This document shows positions 1 through 10,592 of a stretch of 64,000 bases of DNA, piece by piece. A program made the position numbers and the translations under genes. Source of the DNA: Candidatus Krumholzibacteriia bacterium (GTDB lineage: Bacteria > Krumholzibacteriota > Krumholzibacteriia > WVZY01 > JAKEHA01). Under the pieces are notes generated by a model that was not told the origin of the DNA, did not search any database, and saw only the letters and a list, made by a program, of their open reading frames with translations. The stretch is taken from the NCBI GenBank assembly GCA_036273975.1, contig DASUGO010000106.1, positions 4,943-68,942 on the forward strand, read 5' to 3'. Within the stretch, counting starts at the first letter, position 1. Every line of letters starts with the position of its first letter.

Positions 1-849
1 GTAACCGGCCGGGTTGCAGGTGATCCAGTCGTTCGACGACGTCGCGTTGACGGTCTCGCCCTCGAAGTCTTCGAGAGCCAGGGTCTCACACGTCAGATCG
101 TCGATGTGAACCGCGCCGTTGGTGTTCCAGAGCGCGTCTTCATCCGACCAGGCACCGTCGGACGCGAAGTGGAAGCGGACCTTCACCGGACCCGTGGTGC
201 CGATGTTGTACGCGCTGCCCTGCGGGCCGGCCGCGATCGCGCCGTCCCACACGCCCGCGCCGCCGTCGATGACCGTCCAGCCGGAGAGGCCCGTGCAGTC
301 GGTCGTATATTCGAGCGACGTGGCGTCGTAGCTGGGCTCGGAGTCGAAACGGCCCGTGAAGCTGATGTCCAGCAGGCCGTCGCCGGAAACCGCGAAACAG
401 GTCTTCGTGCAGAAGGCCTGGTTCCACGCGTTACCGTAGCCCGGGAGGGCCTGGTAACCGCACAGCGGGCCCGTGACCTGCGGACGCGAACCGCACCACA
501 GCGACTTCGTACCGTTGAGCGGGAAGAAGTTCACCGGGTTCATCCCCGCATAGTCGTCAACATGGAAGAAGTTGCCGATCTGCGCGGTGATGTCAATCTT
601 GGTCCAACCTTCCTGCGTACAGCTTGCACCGGAGTCAAACGTGTACGTAGCGAGGACCGTCGTATTAGCGGCCGCGGATGTATTCAGACCATTCGTGCTC
701 ATGGAGTTGTCCCATGTGCGCGTCGTGGTCTGATTCATCGGGTCGTAATTGTATAGGGCACCATTGCTCGTACGCTTGGCGAACGCCGCCGACGCGACAA
801 GAGTCACGCCCAGCGCGAGCACGAGTGACCTACAGAAAGCTTTCTTCAT
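1..849 (-). CDS. Secreted hypothetical protein, N-terminal part. The gene runs off the window start and its C-terminus is not in the window.
   Basis: The reverse complement of 781-849 reads MKKAFCRSLVLALGVTLVASAAFA, a classic signal peptide. The frame stays open to position 1. Codon usage is GC3-rich like the neighbouring genes. It is absent from the ORF track only because no stop lies in the window. Confidence 0.5.
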   Translation of the reverse strand, partial: MKKAFCRSLVLALGVTLVASAAFAKRTSNGALYNYDPMNQTTTRTWDNSMSTNGLNTSAAANTTVLATYTFDSGASCTQEGWTKIDITAQIGNFFHVDDYAGMNPVNFFPLNGTKSLWCGSRPQVTGPLCGYQALPGYGNAWNQAFCTKTCFAVSGDGLLDISFTGRFDSEPSYDATSLEYTTDCTGLSGWTVIDGGAGVWDGAIAAGPQGSAYNIGTTGPVKVRFHFASDGAWSDEDALWNTNGAVHIDDLTCETLALEDFEGETVNATSSNDWITCNPAGY

Positions 850-1276
850 ACGTATTCCCCCATCGTTGCTGAGAAGGAATTTGAATACGCGAAACCCAAT
901 TTATTTGGTACTGCACGCTCCGCCGGGGCGCGACGGCGCGGAACTGAAGGCGTGGGCAAAACCGGTGTACTGAAACGACTCCCGCTTCAACTCACATCGT
1001 CCATCCAGGAACAGGTCTGTACTACCGTCGGTCGGTCAGGTGTCGGGTACTACACCAACGGCGGTCGGCGAACCTGGACGCCTTTATCGCGCGTCCGATT
1101 TGAGATGAAGCCATGCAAGGGGTCGGGTGGTTCCCCACCCCGATATAACCCTAATGCCCCTAGTCCACCAAAGAGGCTACCATACGGGACAATCCCCTGT
1201 CAACGTGTATGTCTAATCAGAATTTGTGCGTATCCGAATGTATGCGGCCGGCGCCATCCGGCGGCACGGGCGGGGC

Positions 1277-1299
1277 GTCCCCGGGGATCCCCCGGGGAC
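1277..1299 (-). terminator. Perfect 10-bp inverted repeat (gtccccgggg-atc-ccccggggac) 7 nt downstream of the glyS stop. Putative terminator hairpin without a U-tract.
   Basis: The palindrome was read directly from the sequence. It sits immediately 3' of the glyS stop at 1306-1308. No U-run follows, which is common in high-GC genomes. Confidence 0.3.
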
Positions 1300-1305
1300 G
1301 GTGAT

Positions 1306-3468
1306 TCAGGATCGGGTTCCCTGTTCGACAATGGCCTGGAAATCCGCGTAACGGCCGAACAGGCCGTAGATCGCGGCCATGAATGCGAGGCGGTTCTCCC
1401 GGACCGCAGGGTCCTGCGCATTCACGAGCACTTTCTCAAAATAATGATCGATCGGGTCCGCGAGGCCGGAAAGGGACCGCAGCACCTTCGCGATATCGCC
1501 GGCGTCCTCGGCAGGACCGATCCGTCCCAGTCCCTCGCGAACCGCCTCCAGCAGGCCGGTTTCCGCCGCGTCCTCGAAACGGTCGGCGCTGAACGCGGCC
1601 TCGACTCCCAGCCCGTCGCGGACCTCGCTCCACGCGTGGCCGAGGCGACGGCGGCCGGCAGGGAGAATATTCCCCACGCGCTTGACCCCGGTCACGAGGC
1701 GCTCGAAAACGGGGTTCCCACGCAGTTCCGCGATCGCGCGCGCGCGCACCAGCGCGGTGCCGGGCTCGCTCCACGCAACCGCCATCACTGCCGCGGCGAC
1801 GTCATAGGGAACTCCACTGTCTTTCAGGAATGCCTCCACCCGGCCGCGAAGGAATTCCTCCAGCTCGGCCCCGGTGCCGCCGGCCGTCCAGCGCTTCTCC
1901 ACCTCCTCCGGGCTCAGCGTGATGCCGAAGCTCGCGGAGGCGGCGGCGAGGATCTGGTCGAGGCGTACGCCCGGCATGACCGCCGCGAGGCGGACCAGCC
2001 CGTTGCCGCTCCGGCGCAATGCATACGGGTCCTGGGATCCGCTGGGCTTCAGGCCGGCCAGGAAACAGCCCACCAGCGTGTCGATCCGATCCGCCAGCGC
2101 CAGGATCCGCCCCAGCGGCGTCGCGGGCAGCGGGTCCGCCGCCGCGCGGGGCAGGTACTGCTCCGCGATCGCGTCCACCACCGCGGGCGCCTCGCCCGAG
2201 GCCTCCGCATAGCGGGCGCCGATGACGCCCTGCAGCGCGGTGAATTCCTTGCCGTCGCGGATCATCGTGCTGGCCAGGTCGGACTTCGCCAGACGGACCG
2301 CCCGCGTGAGCAGCTCGTCCGGAACCCGTTCCCCGGCCGGGGCCGCGTCGTTGACCGCGCGCGCCACCTCCAGCATCCGCCGCCATTTCTGCCCCACGGT
2401 TCCCAGCCCCTCGATGAACACGATACGGTCCAGTTCGTCGGCCAGAGTATCAACACCGCGTTTCAGATCATCGCGCCAGTAGAACCCGGCGTCGGCCAGC
2501 CGCGCGCGCAAGACCCGCTCGTTTCCCAGCACGACATCCTTCGGCCCCTTCACGGGTCCGTCGGTGAACGTGATGAAATGCGGCGACAACCCGCCCTTGC
2601 GGTCGGTCAACGCGATGTAGCGCTGGTGCGCGCGCATCGCCGTCACCACGACGTCGGCGGGAAGATCGAGATACGCGCGGTCGAACGAACCCACCAGCAC
2701 GCGCGGGTCTTCGGTCATATACGTGAGTTCGACCAGCAGATCCTCGTCCTCGACGAGGCGCAGCCCGTTCTTCGCAGCCGCCGCCACCGCCAGCGACCGG
2801 ATGCGCTCGCGGCGCGCATCGGGATCCAGAATGACCCCGAGCGACTTGAGACGCCCCGGGTACGAACGCGCGTCCGCAACCGACACGTGCTCGCCGCGCA
2901 TCCACGGCCGCCCGTGGCACACGCGCCCGCTGGTGACGCCGGCAAACGCGACCGGCACGACCTCGCGCCCGTGGAGTGCCACGATCCATCGCACCGGGCG
3001 GGCAAAGCGCGCGCCGGATGCTTCCCACTTCATCGTCTTGGGGAAACGCAGCCCGGCGATCAGCCCGGGGAGTTCCGCCTTGAGCACCACCGCCGCGGTT
3101 TTGCGCGCGAGCCGCTTGCGCAGGCCCAGGTACTCGCCCTTGGGGAGTTGAATGCGCTCGAGCTTCGCCACCGCGACGCCCTGTGTGCGCGCGAAACCTT
3201 CCGCGGCCGGCGTCGGGGTGCCGTCGTCCTGGAACGCCCGCGCAACCGGCGGCCCGGTGAGGACTTCTTCGCCCGCGTCCTGGCGGTCGGCGAGCCCGGT
3301 GACGGTCAGCACCAGGCGGCGCGGCGTACCCGCGGTGTCAATCTGTTCGTACACAAGGCGGTTGCGCGCGAACAGCGCGCGCGCGTCGTCGCGCAACTGC
3401 GCGACCGCCGGCGGAATGTACGACGCCGGAAGGTTCTCGACGCCGATCTCGAGGACGAAGTCGCTCAC
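1306..3468 (-). CDS. glyS: Glycine--tRNA ligase beta subunit
   Basis: The translation contains [25 protein letters not shown]...[17 protein letters not shown]...[20 protein letters not shown], typical of GlyS. It starts at GTG 3468, 4 nt inside the glyQ stop. The annotated 998-aa ORF is an upstream over-extension. Confidence 0.9.
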   Translation of the reverse strand: MSDFVLEIGVENLPASYIPPAVAQLRDDARALFARNRLVYEQIDTAGTPRRLVLTVTGLADRQDAGEEVLTGPPVARAFQDDGTPTPAAEGFARTQGVAVAKLERIQLPKGEYLGLRKRLARKTAAVVLKAELPGLIAGLRFPKTMKWEASGARFARPVRWIVALHGREVVPVAFAGVTSGRVCHGRPWMRGEHVSVADARSYPGRLKSLGVILDPDARRERIRSLAVAAAAKNGLRLVEDEDLLVELTYMTEDPRVLVGSFDRAYLDLPADVVVTAMRAHQRYIALTDRKGGLSPHFITFTDGPVKGPKDVVLGNERVLRARLADAGFYWRDDLKRGVDTLADELDRIVFIEGLGTVGQKWRRMLEVARAVNDAAPAGERVPDELLTRAVRLAKSDLASTMIRDGKEFTALQGVIGARYAEASGEAPAVVDAIAEQYLPRAAADPLPATPLGRILALADRIDTLVGCFLAGLKPSGSQDPYALRRSGNGLVRLAAVMPGVRLDQILAAASASFGITLSPEEVEKRWTAGGTGAELEEFLRGRVEAFLKDSGVPYDVAAAVMAVAWSEPGTALVRARAIAELRGNPVFERLVTGVKRVGNILPAGRRRLGHAWSEVRDGLGVEAAFSADRFEDAAETGLLEAVREGLGRIGPAEDAGDIAKVLRSLSGLADPIDHYFEKVLVNAQDPAVRENRLAFMAAIYGLFGRYADFQAIVEQGTRS

Positions 3469-4403
3469 GCGCTCCTCCGTTTCTTTCCGCTCTTGAGCAG
3501 CGGGAATCCCAGCGCCTCGCGCTTTTCGATGTACGCGGTCGCGGCCCGGCGCGCGAGCGCGCGGATGCGGGCGATGTAACTCATGCGTTCGGTCACGCTG
3601 ATCGCACCGCGCGAATCCAGCAGGTTGAAGATGTGCGAAAGCTTCACGGCGTAGTCGTAGGCGGGCAGCACCAGTCCGGCGGCGAGCATCGCGGCCGCCT
3701 CGCGCTCGAATTCCTGAAACACGCGGAAGTACATGTCCGTGTTGGCGTGCTCGAAATGGAACGCGGAGAACTCCTGTTCGGCCTGGAGATTCATCTCGCC
3801 CCACGAGACACCCGGCGCCCACTCCACGTTGAGCACCGAGTCGACCTTCTGCAGGTACAGGCACAGGCGCAGCAATCCGTAGGTCAGTTCGGCGGTGATC
3901 GGCTCCAGTTCCAGCGAACCTGCCTGCTGGAAGTAGGTGAACTGCGTGATCTCCATGCCGTCCAGCCACACTTCCCACCCGAGCCCGGACGCGCCCAGCG
4001 TGGGCGCTTCCCAGTCGTCCTCGACCAGGCGGATATCGTGGTGCGCGGGGTCGATTCCGATGTAGCGCAGGCTCTCGAGATACAGCGCCAGGACGTCGTC
4101 CGGTGGCGGCTTCAGCACCACCTGGTACTGGAGAAACTGCTGCACGCGGTTGGGGTTTTCGCCGTAGCGCCCGTCGCGCGGCCGCTTGGACGGCTCGACG
4201 TAGGCGGCGCGCCACGGCTCCGGTCCCAGCACGCGCAGGAACGTGGCCGGGTTGAGCGTACCCGCGCCCACCTCGGAGTTGTATGGCTGCACGAGCACGC
4301 ACCCCTGCTTCGCCCAGAATTCGTGCAGACGGGTGATGATCTCCTGCTTGGTCGGCGCGGACGTTCGTTTCGACGTCGCGCGAGATGGTTTGCGCGTGGC
4401 CAA
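3465..4403 (-). CDS. glyQ: Glycine--tRNA ligase alpha subunit
   Basis: The motifs [36 protein letters not shown]...[26 protein letters not shown] match GlyQ across the full length. It is translationally coupled to glyS. Confidence 0.92.
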   Translation of the reverse strand: MATRKPSRATSKRTSAPTKQEIITRLHEFWAKQGCVLVQPYNSEVGAGTLNPATFLRVLGPEPWRAAYVEPSKRPRDGRYGENPNRVQQFLQYQVVLKPPPDDVLALYLESLRYIGIDPAHHDIRLVEDDWEAPTLGASGLGWEVWLDGMEITQFTYFQQAGSLELEPITAELTYGLLRLCLYLQKVDSVLNVEWAPGVSWGEMNLQAEQEFSAFHFEHANTDMYFRVFQEFEREAAAMLAAGLVLPAYDYAVKLSHIFNLLDSRGAISVTERMSYIARIRALARRAATAYIEKREALGFPLLKSGKKRRSA

Positions 4404-4461
4404 CGGGAATTCCTTTCGGGATCTCAGAACACGGCGCGGATCGCGCGCCCGTTCACCTTCA

Positions 4462-5196
4462 TCATATGAGGTTCAACGAACGAGGCAGGTGGTATCCCTG
4501 AACGTGGTAAGTATAGGTCCAGTGCACCAGCCGCCCCAACTCTTTTCTGGCCGCGCGCGATACCGTCCGGTCCGCGAGCGCGGGGAACGGATCGTCCGCG
4601 CACGAGGCCGCGGCGCTGACCACGTCGGGCGTGAGCGCCACCGCGTCCGGGTAGGGCGCGCGGTGTTCCGCACAGAAGCTGACGCCGTCGCGCGGGCTGT
4701 AGGTCCCGGCGTCCGGCGACACGCCGCAGCGCACGCACGCCACCGTATCCGGCGACACACCGAGGGCGGCGAGCAGCTTGATCTCGAACGCGAGGAAGAG
4801 CAGCAGCGGATCCCCCGAGCGCGGAGCGGACAGGAATGCCGTCGCGGTATCCACGATCGCCTCGTCCAGGCTGGCGTCGGGCACGCATACCTGGTCGAGC
4901 AATTCGAGCGCGGCGAGATTCGCGGCGAGGTGCGGGAGCGACTCGCGGCCGGCCAGCGGTGACGCGATCAGCGACGACTCCTTGAGATAGCGCGTCACAT
5001 AGCCTTCCCGCTGGTGGTACACCACCTCGATCTCGTTGCCGGGTTCGATGGCGCCGCGCGACGGGTGCCGGGTGCCAATCGCTCCCTTGGCCAACAAACG
5101 CACCTTCCCGCTGGTCCGCCCCAGGAAGACGAAGTACAGGCTCGACTCGCCGCTGCGCGCGACGGACAGAACCACGCCACTATCCTTGATCAGCAT
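4462..5196 (-). CDS. recO: DNA repair protein RecO
   Basis: A ~240-aa protein with the typical RecO layout: an N-terminal OB-fold region followed by a C-terminal Cys-rich zinc motif ([25 protein letters not shown]). Its position downstream of glyQS is common. Confidence 0.75.
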   Translation of the reverse strand: MLIKDSGVVLSVARSGESSLYFVFLGRTSGKVRLLAKGAIGTRHPSRGAIEPGNEIEVVYHQREGYVTRYLKESSLIASPLAGRESLPHLAANLAALELLDQVCVPDASLDEAIVDTATAFLSAPRSGDPLLLFLAFEIKLLAALGVSPDTVACVRCGVSPDAGTYSPRDGVSFCAEHRAPYPDAVALTPDVVSAAASCADDPFPALADRTVSRAARKELGRLVHWTYTYHVQGYHLPRSLNLI

Positions 5197-5229
5197 GCGC
5201 GTTCACCCCGGAGGACGACATCCCCGGCT

Positions 5230-6579
5230 TCAGTGGTTTCTAAGGTACGCCGTCGCGAGGGCGAGGTAAATTGCCATTCCGATGATATCGTTGGACACCG
5301 TGACAAACGGGCCCGACGCCAGCGCGGGATCGATCTTCAACCGGTTCAGGAACAGCGGAATCGCCGAACCCATTACCGCGGCCACGAACACGACCATCAG
5401 GAGTGTCACCCACAGGAGGCCGCCCAGCGCGGCATCCTGCCGCCACGCGTATACCAGCCCGAACAGCAGCGCGCCCAGCACCATCCCGTTCAGGAACGCG
5501 ACCTGGATCTCCTTGAACACGCGCTGGCCGGTACGCTTGAGGTCGATCTGGCCCAGCGCGATCTCGCGCACGACCACGACCGCGGCCTGCACACCGATGT
5601 TGCCGGCGGTGGCAACGATCAGCGGAATGAAGAACACCAGCACCACGAAGGTCGCGAGCGAGGCCTCATAGCGGCTCATCAGCACGGCCCCCACGACCTC
5701 GCCGAAGAAGCCGGTGAGCAGCCACGGGAGGCGGCTGCGCGAGACGCGCACAATGGAGGTTTCGCCCAGCTCTTCGTCGGTGGTGCCGGCGATGGCGGTG
5801 ATGTCCTCGGTGGCCTCCTCTTCCATGACGTCGATGATGTCGTCCATGGTGATGCGCCCAACCAGCCGCCCCCCCGTGTCGACCACCGGCATCGTGAACT
5901 CGTCGTACTTGGAGAACATGGCCGCCACCTGTTCCTGGTCCATGTCCACCGGGATGGCGGGCACGTTGCGCTCGATGACGTCGTGAACACGCACGTGCGG
6001 CGGCTTGAGTACGAGATCCATGATCGAGAGCACGCCCACCAGTTCGTCGCTCTCGCTCACCACGTAGACCCGCTGCGGGCTCTCCACTTCGTCCGCCACG
6101 CGGCGGACGAAATCAATTGCGTCCTGGATCGTGGCGTCCTCGCGCACCCATACGCGCTCCACCTGCATGAGTCCGCCCGCGGTTTCGGGGCCGAACTCGA
6201 GCAGTTCGTGGATCTCATCGCGGTCTTCACTGGGCAGCAGCGCTTCCACGCGCTCGGTGGTTTCCGGTGGCAGCGAGGAGATCAGGTCGGCGGCATCGTC
6301 GGAGGGGAGTTCTTCGAGCAGTGCCACCACTTCGTGGTCGGTGAGCAGTTGCAGCAGCGCGAGACCGGATTTGGAATCGAGTTCGGTGAGCACCTCCGCG
6401 GCGCGTTCGGTGCCGATGCGTTTGAGCATCGCCGCTTGTTCCTCGACCTCGAACTCGGTGAGAATTTCGGCGATATCCGCCGAATGCAGCGGCGCGAGGA
6501 AGCGATCGAGCTCCTCCACCCGGCCCGCCGCCAGCAACCCGCGCGCGGTTTCGATATCCTGGGTGCGATCCTGTTCCAT
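5230..6579 (-). CDS. mgtE: Magnesium transporter MgtE
   Basis: It has an N-terminal MgtE_N region, tandem CBS motifs and a C-terminal 5-TM domain (FFIPLIVATAGNIGVQAAVVVVREIALGQI; PFVTVSNDIIGMAIYLALA). Confidence 0.85.
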   Translation of the reverse strand: MEQDRTQDIETARGLLAAGRVEELDRFLAPLHSADIAEILTEFEVEEQAAMLKRIGTERAAEVLTELDSKSGLALLQLLTDHEVVALLEELPSDDAADLISSLPPETTERVEALLPSEDRDEIHELLEFGPETAGGLMQVERVWVREDATIQDAIDFVRRVADEVESPQRVYVVSESDELVGVLSIMDLVLKPPHVRVHDVIERNVPAIPVDMDQEQVAAMFSKYDEFTMPVVDTGGRLVGRITMDDIIDVMEEEATEDITAIAGTTDEELGETSIVRVSRSRLPWLLTGFFGEVVGAVLMSRYEASLATFVVLVFFIPLIVATAGNIGVQAAVVVVREIALGQIDLKRTGQRVFKEIQVAFLNGMVLGALLFGLVYAWRQDAALGGLLWVTLLMVVFVAAVMGSAIPLFLNRLKIDPALASGPFVTVSNDIIGMAIYLALATAYLRNH

Positions 6580-6646
6580 TGGGCGGCATCCTAGGGGAGC
6601 GCTTGCCGGTGTGGCAAGAACAGTTCGGCGGGGCGGGGGCGGGCGA

Positions 6647-7891
6647 TCAGCCGTCTTCGGCCGTCATGCGCTCCACCGATGACAGGCCGGTCAGGAGCAC
6701 GCGCATGACGCGCTGACGTTCCACGGTCTGGACCTCGAATTCCACCTTGTGGTGGCTCCAGCGGTCCCCCACCTTCGGAACGCGGCCGATCACGTGGTAG
6801 AGCAACCCGCCGAGCGTGTCCGCGTTCTCGTCGGGGAGCGCGAGCCCCAGGACTTCGTTCAGTTCTTCGATGTGGATGCGGGCGCTCACCAGCGCGCTGT
6901 CGCGGTCGAGGCGCCGCACGAGATCCTCTTCGGAATCGAACTCGTCGCGGATATCGCCCACCAGCTCCTCGATCACGTCCTCCAGCGTCACGATACCCGC
7001 CGTCCCGCCGTACTCATCCACGACGATCGAGAGATGCTGGCGCCGCACCTTGAACTCGGCGAGAAGCTCGGTGATCTTCTTGCTCTCGGGTACGAAGAAC
7101 GCGTCGCGCGCGAGATTGCGGATCGAAAATTCCTCGCCAGCCAGCACCTTCACCAGCAGATCCTGGGTGTGCAGCGTTCCGATGACATGGTCGATGGAGC
7201 GTTCGTACACCGGGATGCGCGAGTGTCCCGCGTCCATGATCGCCGCGAGTGCTTCCTCGCGGTCCATCGCCGCATCCACCGCGACGATATCGATACGGGG
7301 CACCATCACGTCGCGCGCCCGCGTCTCGCCGAAGTCGGCGATGCTCGACATGATGCGGCGCTCTTCTTCTTCCGCCGTACCGCCGTCGCCGTCGCCCATC
7401 AGCTCGATCTTCTCCGCCAGCGGAATCACATCGAACGCGAACAGCGCGGGCAACGCCGGCGCCGCGCGCGACAGCACGCGCGCGGCCAACCGGGCCGCGG
7501 GGCGCAGCGCATACACCGTCGGCACGGCCACCGGCGAGACGATCCGCACCAGCCGGGCTGCCCCCTCCAGCGCGAGTGCGCGCGCCGCGAACGCGGGGAG
7601 AAGCACCGAGGCGGCCGCGAACACACCCGCGCCCACCGCACCCGCCTCGTGCACCAGCGCAACCGCCGACACGATCACGAAGAGCGAGGCCAACGCCCGT
7701 GCCATCCCGAGCGCAAGCCCGGTGTTGACCGGTTCGTCGTCGGCACGCGCCACCAGCCAGTCCGGCTTGCTTTCCTCCGATTGCTCGATGCCGTGCAGCG
7801 AAATGACGCTCAATGCGGTGAGCGCCGCGGTGTACGCCGATAGCAGCGCCACCGATACGACGTAGAGTCCGACTGCCAGTCCTGTTTCCAT
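6647..7891 (-). CDS. CNNM/HlyC-CorC family transporter (DUF21-CBS-CorC_HlyC; TlyC/YbeX-like)
   Basis: An N-terminal 4-TM DUF21 domain, a CBS pair (RDVMVPRIDIVAVD...) and a C-terminal CorC_HlyC domain (GRVPKVGDRWSHHKVEFEVQTVERQRV). Confidence 0.8.
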   Translation of the reverse strand: METGLAVGLYVVSVALLSAYTAALTALSVISLHGIEQSEESKPDWLVARADDEPVNTGLALGMARALASLFVIVSAVALVHEAGAVGAGVFAAASVLLPAFAARALALEGAARLVRIVSPVAVPTVYALRPAARLAARVLSRAAPALPALFAFDVIPLAEKIELMGDGDGGTAEEEERRIMSSIADFGETRARDVMVPRIDIVAVDAAMDREEALAAIMDAGHSRIPVYERSIDHVIGTLHTQDLLVKVLAGEEFSIRNLARDAFFVPESKKITELLAEFKVRRQHLSIVVDEYGGTAGIVTLEDVIEELVGDIRDEFDSEEDLVRRLDRDSALVSARIHIEELNEVLGLALPDENADTLGGLLYHVIGRVPKVGDRWSHHKVEFEVQTVERQRVMRVLLTGLSSVERMTAEDG

Positions 7892-7909
7892 GCGCTGCGG
7901 TGCTTTCCG

Positions 7910-8419
7910 TCAGAAGAGTTTGCGCACGTCCGCCGCGGGCAGGATGCGTTTCAACACGGCGCGCTCGCGCCGCTCCATGCGGGCGGCGTCGGCGTCGTTC
8001 TCGTGATCGTAGCCGATGACGTGCAGCATGCCGTGGACGACGATGCGCAGCGCCAGATGGGACACGTCGACGCCGAGGCGGCGCGCGTCGCGCGCGAGCG
8101 TGTCCAGTGACACGTAGATGTCGCCCGCGGTGCCGTCGCGCGGCCCGGGATCGTCGCGATAGGAAAAGGAGAGCACGTCGGTGGGCTTGTCCTTCCCGCG
8201 GTAACGGCGGTTGAGCCGCCGGATCTCGCGGTCGTCCACGATCACGACATTGACGGCTTCCCGCGCGGGCCGCAGCCCCGCGGCCGCTTCCTCCACGCGC
8301 GCGAACCACGCGGCGGAGAGCCAGCGCGGGCGGGCGCGGCTAACCCGATTCAGCGACGCTTTCACCGGCCGCCTTCCAGTCCTCGGGGGCGAGCGCCTCG
8401 CTCTGCCCCGGGTACGCAA
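7910..8419 (-). CDS. ybeY: rRNA maturation endoribonuclease YbeY
   Basis: The motifs DVLSF and HGMLHVIGYDHEND (H3xH) are present. It overlaps the upstream pgpH-like gene, so the true start is probably an internal codon. Confidence 0.8.
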   Translation of the reverse strand: MRTRGRARRSPPRTGRRPVKASLNRVSRARPRWLSAAWFARVEEAAAGLRPAREAVNVVIVDDREIRRLNRRYRGKDKPTDVLSFSYRDDPGPRDGTAGDIYVSLDTLARDARRLGVDVSHLALRIVVHGMLHVIGYDHENDADAARMERRERAVLKRILPAADVRKLF

Positions 8420-10592
8420 CGCGCTTGTTGTAGATCGTCGTCAGCATCGCGATGAGCTTCTCCTTGATCACGTTGAGCTCGTACAACGTGATGCCGCTCT
8501 GGTCCAGCTCCCCCTCCTGGGCGCGCGAGTCCACCAGCCGGGTTACCATCGCGCGGATCTGCGCCGGCGCCGGATCGCGCAACGATCGCACCGCGGCCTC
8601 CACGGTGTCGGCACACATGAGGATCGCGGCCTCCCGCGTCCGGGGCCGCGGGCCGGGGTAACGGAAGTCGTCCCGGTTGACGCTCGCGTGCGAATCGGTC
8701 TCGAGCGCCTTCTGGTAGAAGAAGGCCATCACGGTGGTCCCGTGGTGTTCCCGAATCCCGTCGACGATCACCTCGGGCAGCTTCTCCTGCCGCGCCAGTT
8801 CGACGCCGTCCTTGACGTGCGACACGAGGATCAGCGCGCTCATCTGCGGCGTGATCTTTTCGTGCTTGTTGAACCCCGACTCCTGATTCTCGGCAAAGTA
8901 CTCCGGTTTGAAAATTTTCCCGATGTCGTGGTAATACGCCATCACGCGTGCGCGCAGCGCGTCGGCGCCGATGTCGCTCGCGATCGCGTCCACCAGGTTT
9001 CCGAGCAGCATGGAGTGGTGATACGTCCCCGCCGCCTCCATGTTCAGCCGCTTGAGAATCGGCTTGTTGAGATCGGTCAGCTCGAGCAGCGTAAAACGCG
9101 AGGCACGGTTGAACGCCTGCTCGAACACCGGCAGCAGAAACACCGTCGCCGCGCCCGTGATCAGACCGTTCACACCTCCCCACAGCACCTGCTCGCCAAT
9201 ATCGCGCAGCGCGGAGACCTCCCCGGGCTCGGCGGCCAGGATGCCGATCGCGTACGCGGCGGCGACAAACGCAAATACCGAGTAGCCGCGGCTGCGCGCG
9301 CGCATGCGTTCGATGCCCGCAACACCCGCCGCGGCCGCGAGCCAGGCGACGAATGCGGGTCCCGCACCGATCGGTGCCGCAAGCGGGAGGAACGCGGCCG
9401 CGAACCCGCCGCTGATCAAACCGAGCCGGTAGTCGAACAGCGCCGCGAGCATCACGGACACAAACGCCACCGGCGCCAGATACACGCTCCAGCCCAGGCG
9501 CACCACGAGCGCCACCACCACCACGTAGATGAGCATCACCACGAAGACCGCGCCGAGGCGCGTGACATCGTTGAATATGTGGCGCTGGAACACAAACAGG
9601 TAGACGCCGAACAACACGCAGAACAGGAGCACCCGCGTCGCCTCGGCGGCGTAGGCGCGCGCCAGCCGCCACGGCGTGTGATCCGCCGTCATCGCGATGC
9701 GCGCCTCTTCGAGCGCACGCAGCGCGGTTTCCTGCTCGCGCGTGACGCGTTCGTTGCGCGCGACGACTCGCTCGCCCTTGACCACCCCGAAGTAACCCTT
9801 CACCGCCTCCGCGGCCGCCTCGCGGCGGCGCGTGGTTTCGTCGGCGTCGAAGGCCAGACTCGGGAGCGAGTGTCCACGCACGAGATCGTAGAACAGCTGC
9901 CCGCGCGCGCGATCCTCACCGAAGCGCGCCACGGCTTCCGCGCGAATGATGTCGTCGATGCGCGTGGGATCCACCAGCCCCGACACCGGCCGGCGCTGTT
10001 CGCCGCTCTCGTCGAGGACGATGATCTCCCGGTAGTTGTTGCGGCGCAGAACGGCGGCGTTGTCAATCAGACCGCGGCTGGTGAGTTCGCGCTGGTAGTC
10101 GCGTACCGCCGCGCGCAGCGCGGAGAATTCGGCGGGCACCAGCGCGTCCTTCAACACCGGGCGCGACACCCCGGGCAGCCACTGCGATGCGCGTGCGACG
10201 CGCTGGTCGCCGTCGATACCCTTCGCGTAAACGATTGCGGCAACGGAATCGAGCAACGCGGACAGGTCGCGGCTGAGATCGCGTTCCACCTGCCGGTCGC
10301 GCCGGTAGACCGGTGCGATCGACAGCGACGCGCGCGCGCGCGCCACGCGCACCTCGTCGCCGGAGAGGGGGACCCGAAACGCGTACGGGGCGGTGACTTC
10401 GTGCGTCGCCGTGTCACCGGCCCGGAAGGCCGGTTCGACGCGCTCCCGCACCGGCGGCAGCATCAGGACGACGATCACGGTGAACGCGGCACCAAACAGG
10501 ATCCGCGGCAGCGTGTGCCGGAGCGACGGCCGGGGCCGCGCGGCGCGGGGCAGCTTGCGCCGCACGAGTCTGCCGAGTCGCGGCAACTTCAT
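8340..10592 (-). CDS. 7TM-receptor/HD-GYP-type HDIG-domain membrane protein (PgpH/YqfF family, c-di-AMP phosphodiesterase-like)
   Basis: An N-terminal extracytoplasmic region, a 7-TM block and a C-terminal HD domain (YHHSMLLGNLVDAIASD...AYYHDIGKIFKPEYF...REHHGTTV). The phoH–7TM-HD–ybeY order matches the conserved operon. Confidence 0.8.
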   Translation of the reverse strand: MKLPRLGRLVRRKLPRAARPRPSLRHTLPRILFGAAFTVIVVLMLPPVRERVEPAFRAGDTATHEVTAPYAFRVPLSGDEVRVARARASLSIAPVYRRDRQVERDLSRDLSALLDSVAAIVYAKGIDGDQRVARASQWLPGVSRPVLKDALVPAEFSALRAAVRDYQRELTSRGLIDNAAVLRRNNYREIIVLDESGEQRRPVSGLVDPTRIDDIIRAEAVARFGEDRARGQLFYDLVRGHSLPSLAFDADETTRRREAAAEAVKGYFGVVKGERVVARNERVTREQETALRALEEARIAMTADHTPWRLARAYAAEATRVLLFCVLFGVYLFVFQRHIFNDVTRLGAVFVVMLIYVVVVALVVRLGWSVYLAPVAFVSVMLAALFDYRLGLISGGFAAAFLPLAAPIGAGPAFVAWLAAAAGVAGIERMRARSRGYSVFAFVAAAYAIGILAAEPGEVSALRDIGEQVLWGGVNGLITGAATVFLLPVFEQAFNRASRFTLLELTDLNKPILKRLNMEAAGTYHHSMLLGNLVDAIASDIGADALRARVMAYYHDIGKIFKPEYFAENQESGFNKHEKITPQMSALILVSHVKDGVELARQEKLPEVIVDGIREHHGTTVMAFFYQKALETDSHASVNRDDFRYPGPRPRTREAAILMCADTVEAAVRSLRDPAPAQIRAMVTRLVDSRAQEGELDQSGITLYELNVIKEKLIAMLTTIYNKRVAYPGQSEALAPEDWKAAGESVAESG

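Noticed and set aside
952-3579. 875-aa plus-strand ORF
   Set aside because: It is antisense to glyS and its translation is Arg/Ala/Gly/Pro-rich low-complexity, typical of spurious ORFs in high-GC DNA. The glyS frame has clear homology.
5014-6594. 526-aa plus-strand ORF
   Set aside because: It is antisense to mgtE and recO. The His/Arg/Gly-rich composition is nonsense, and the opposite strand encodes a textbook MgtE.
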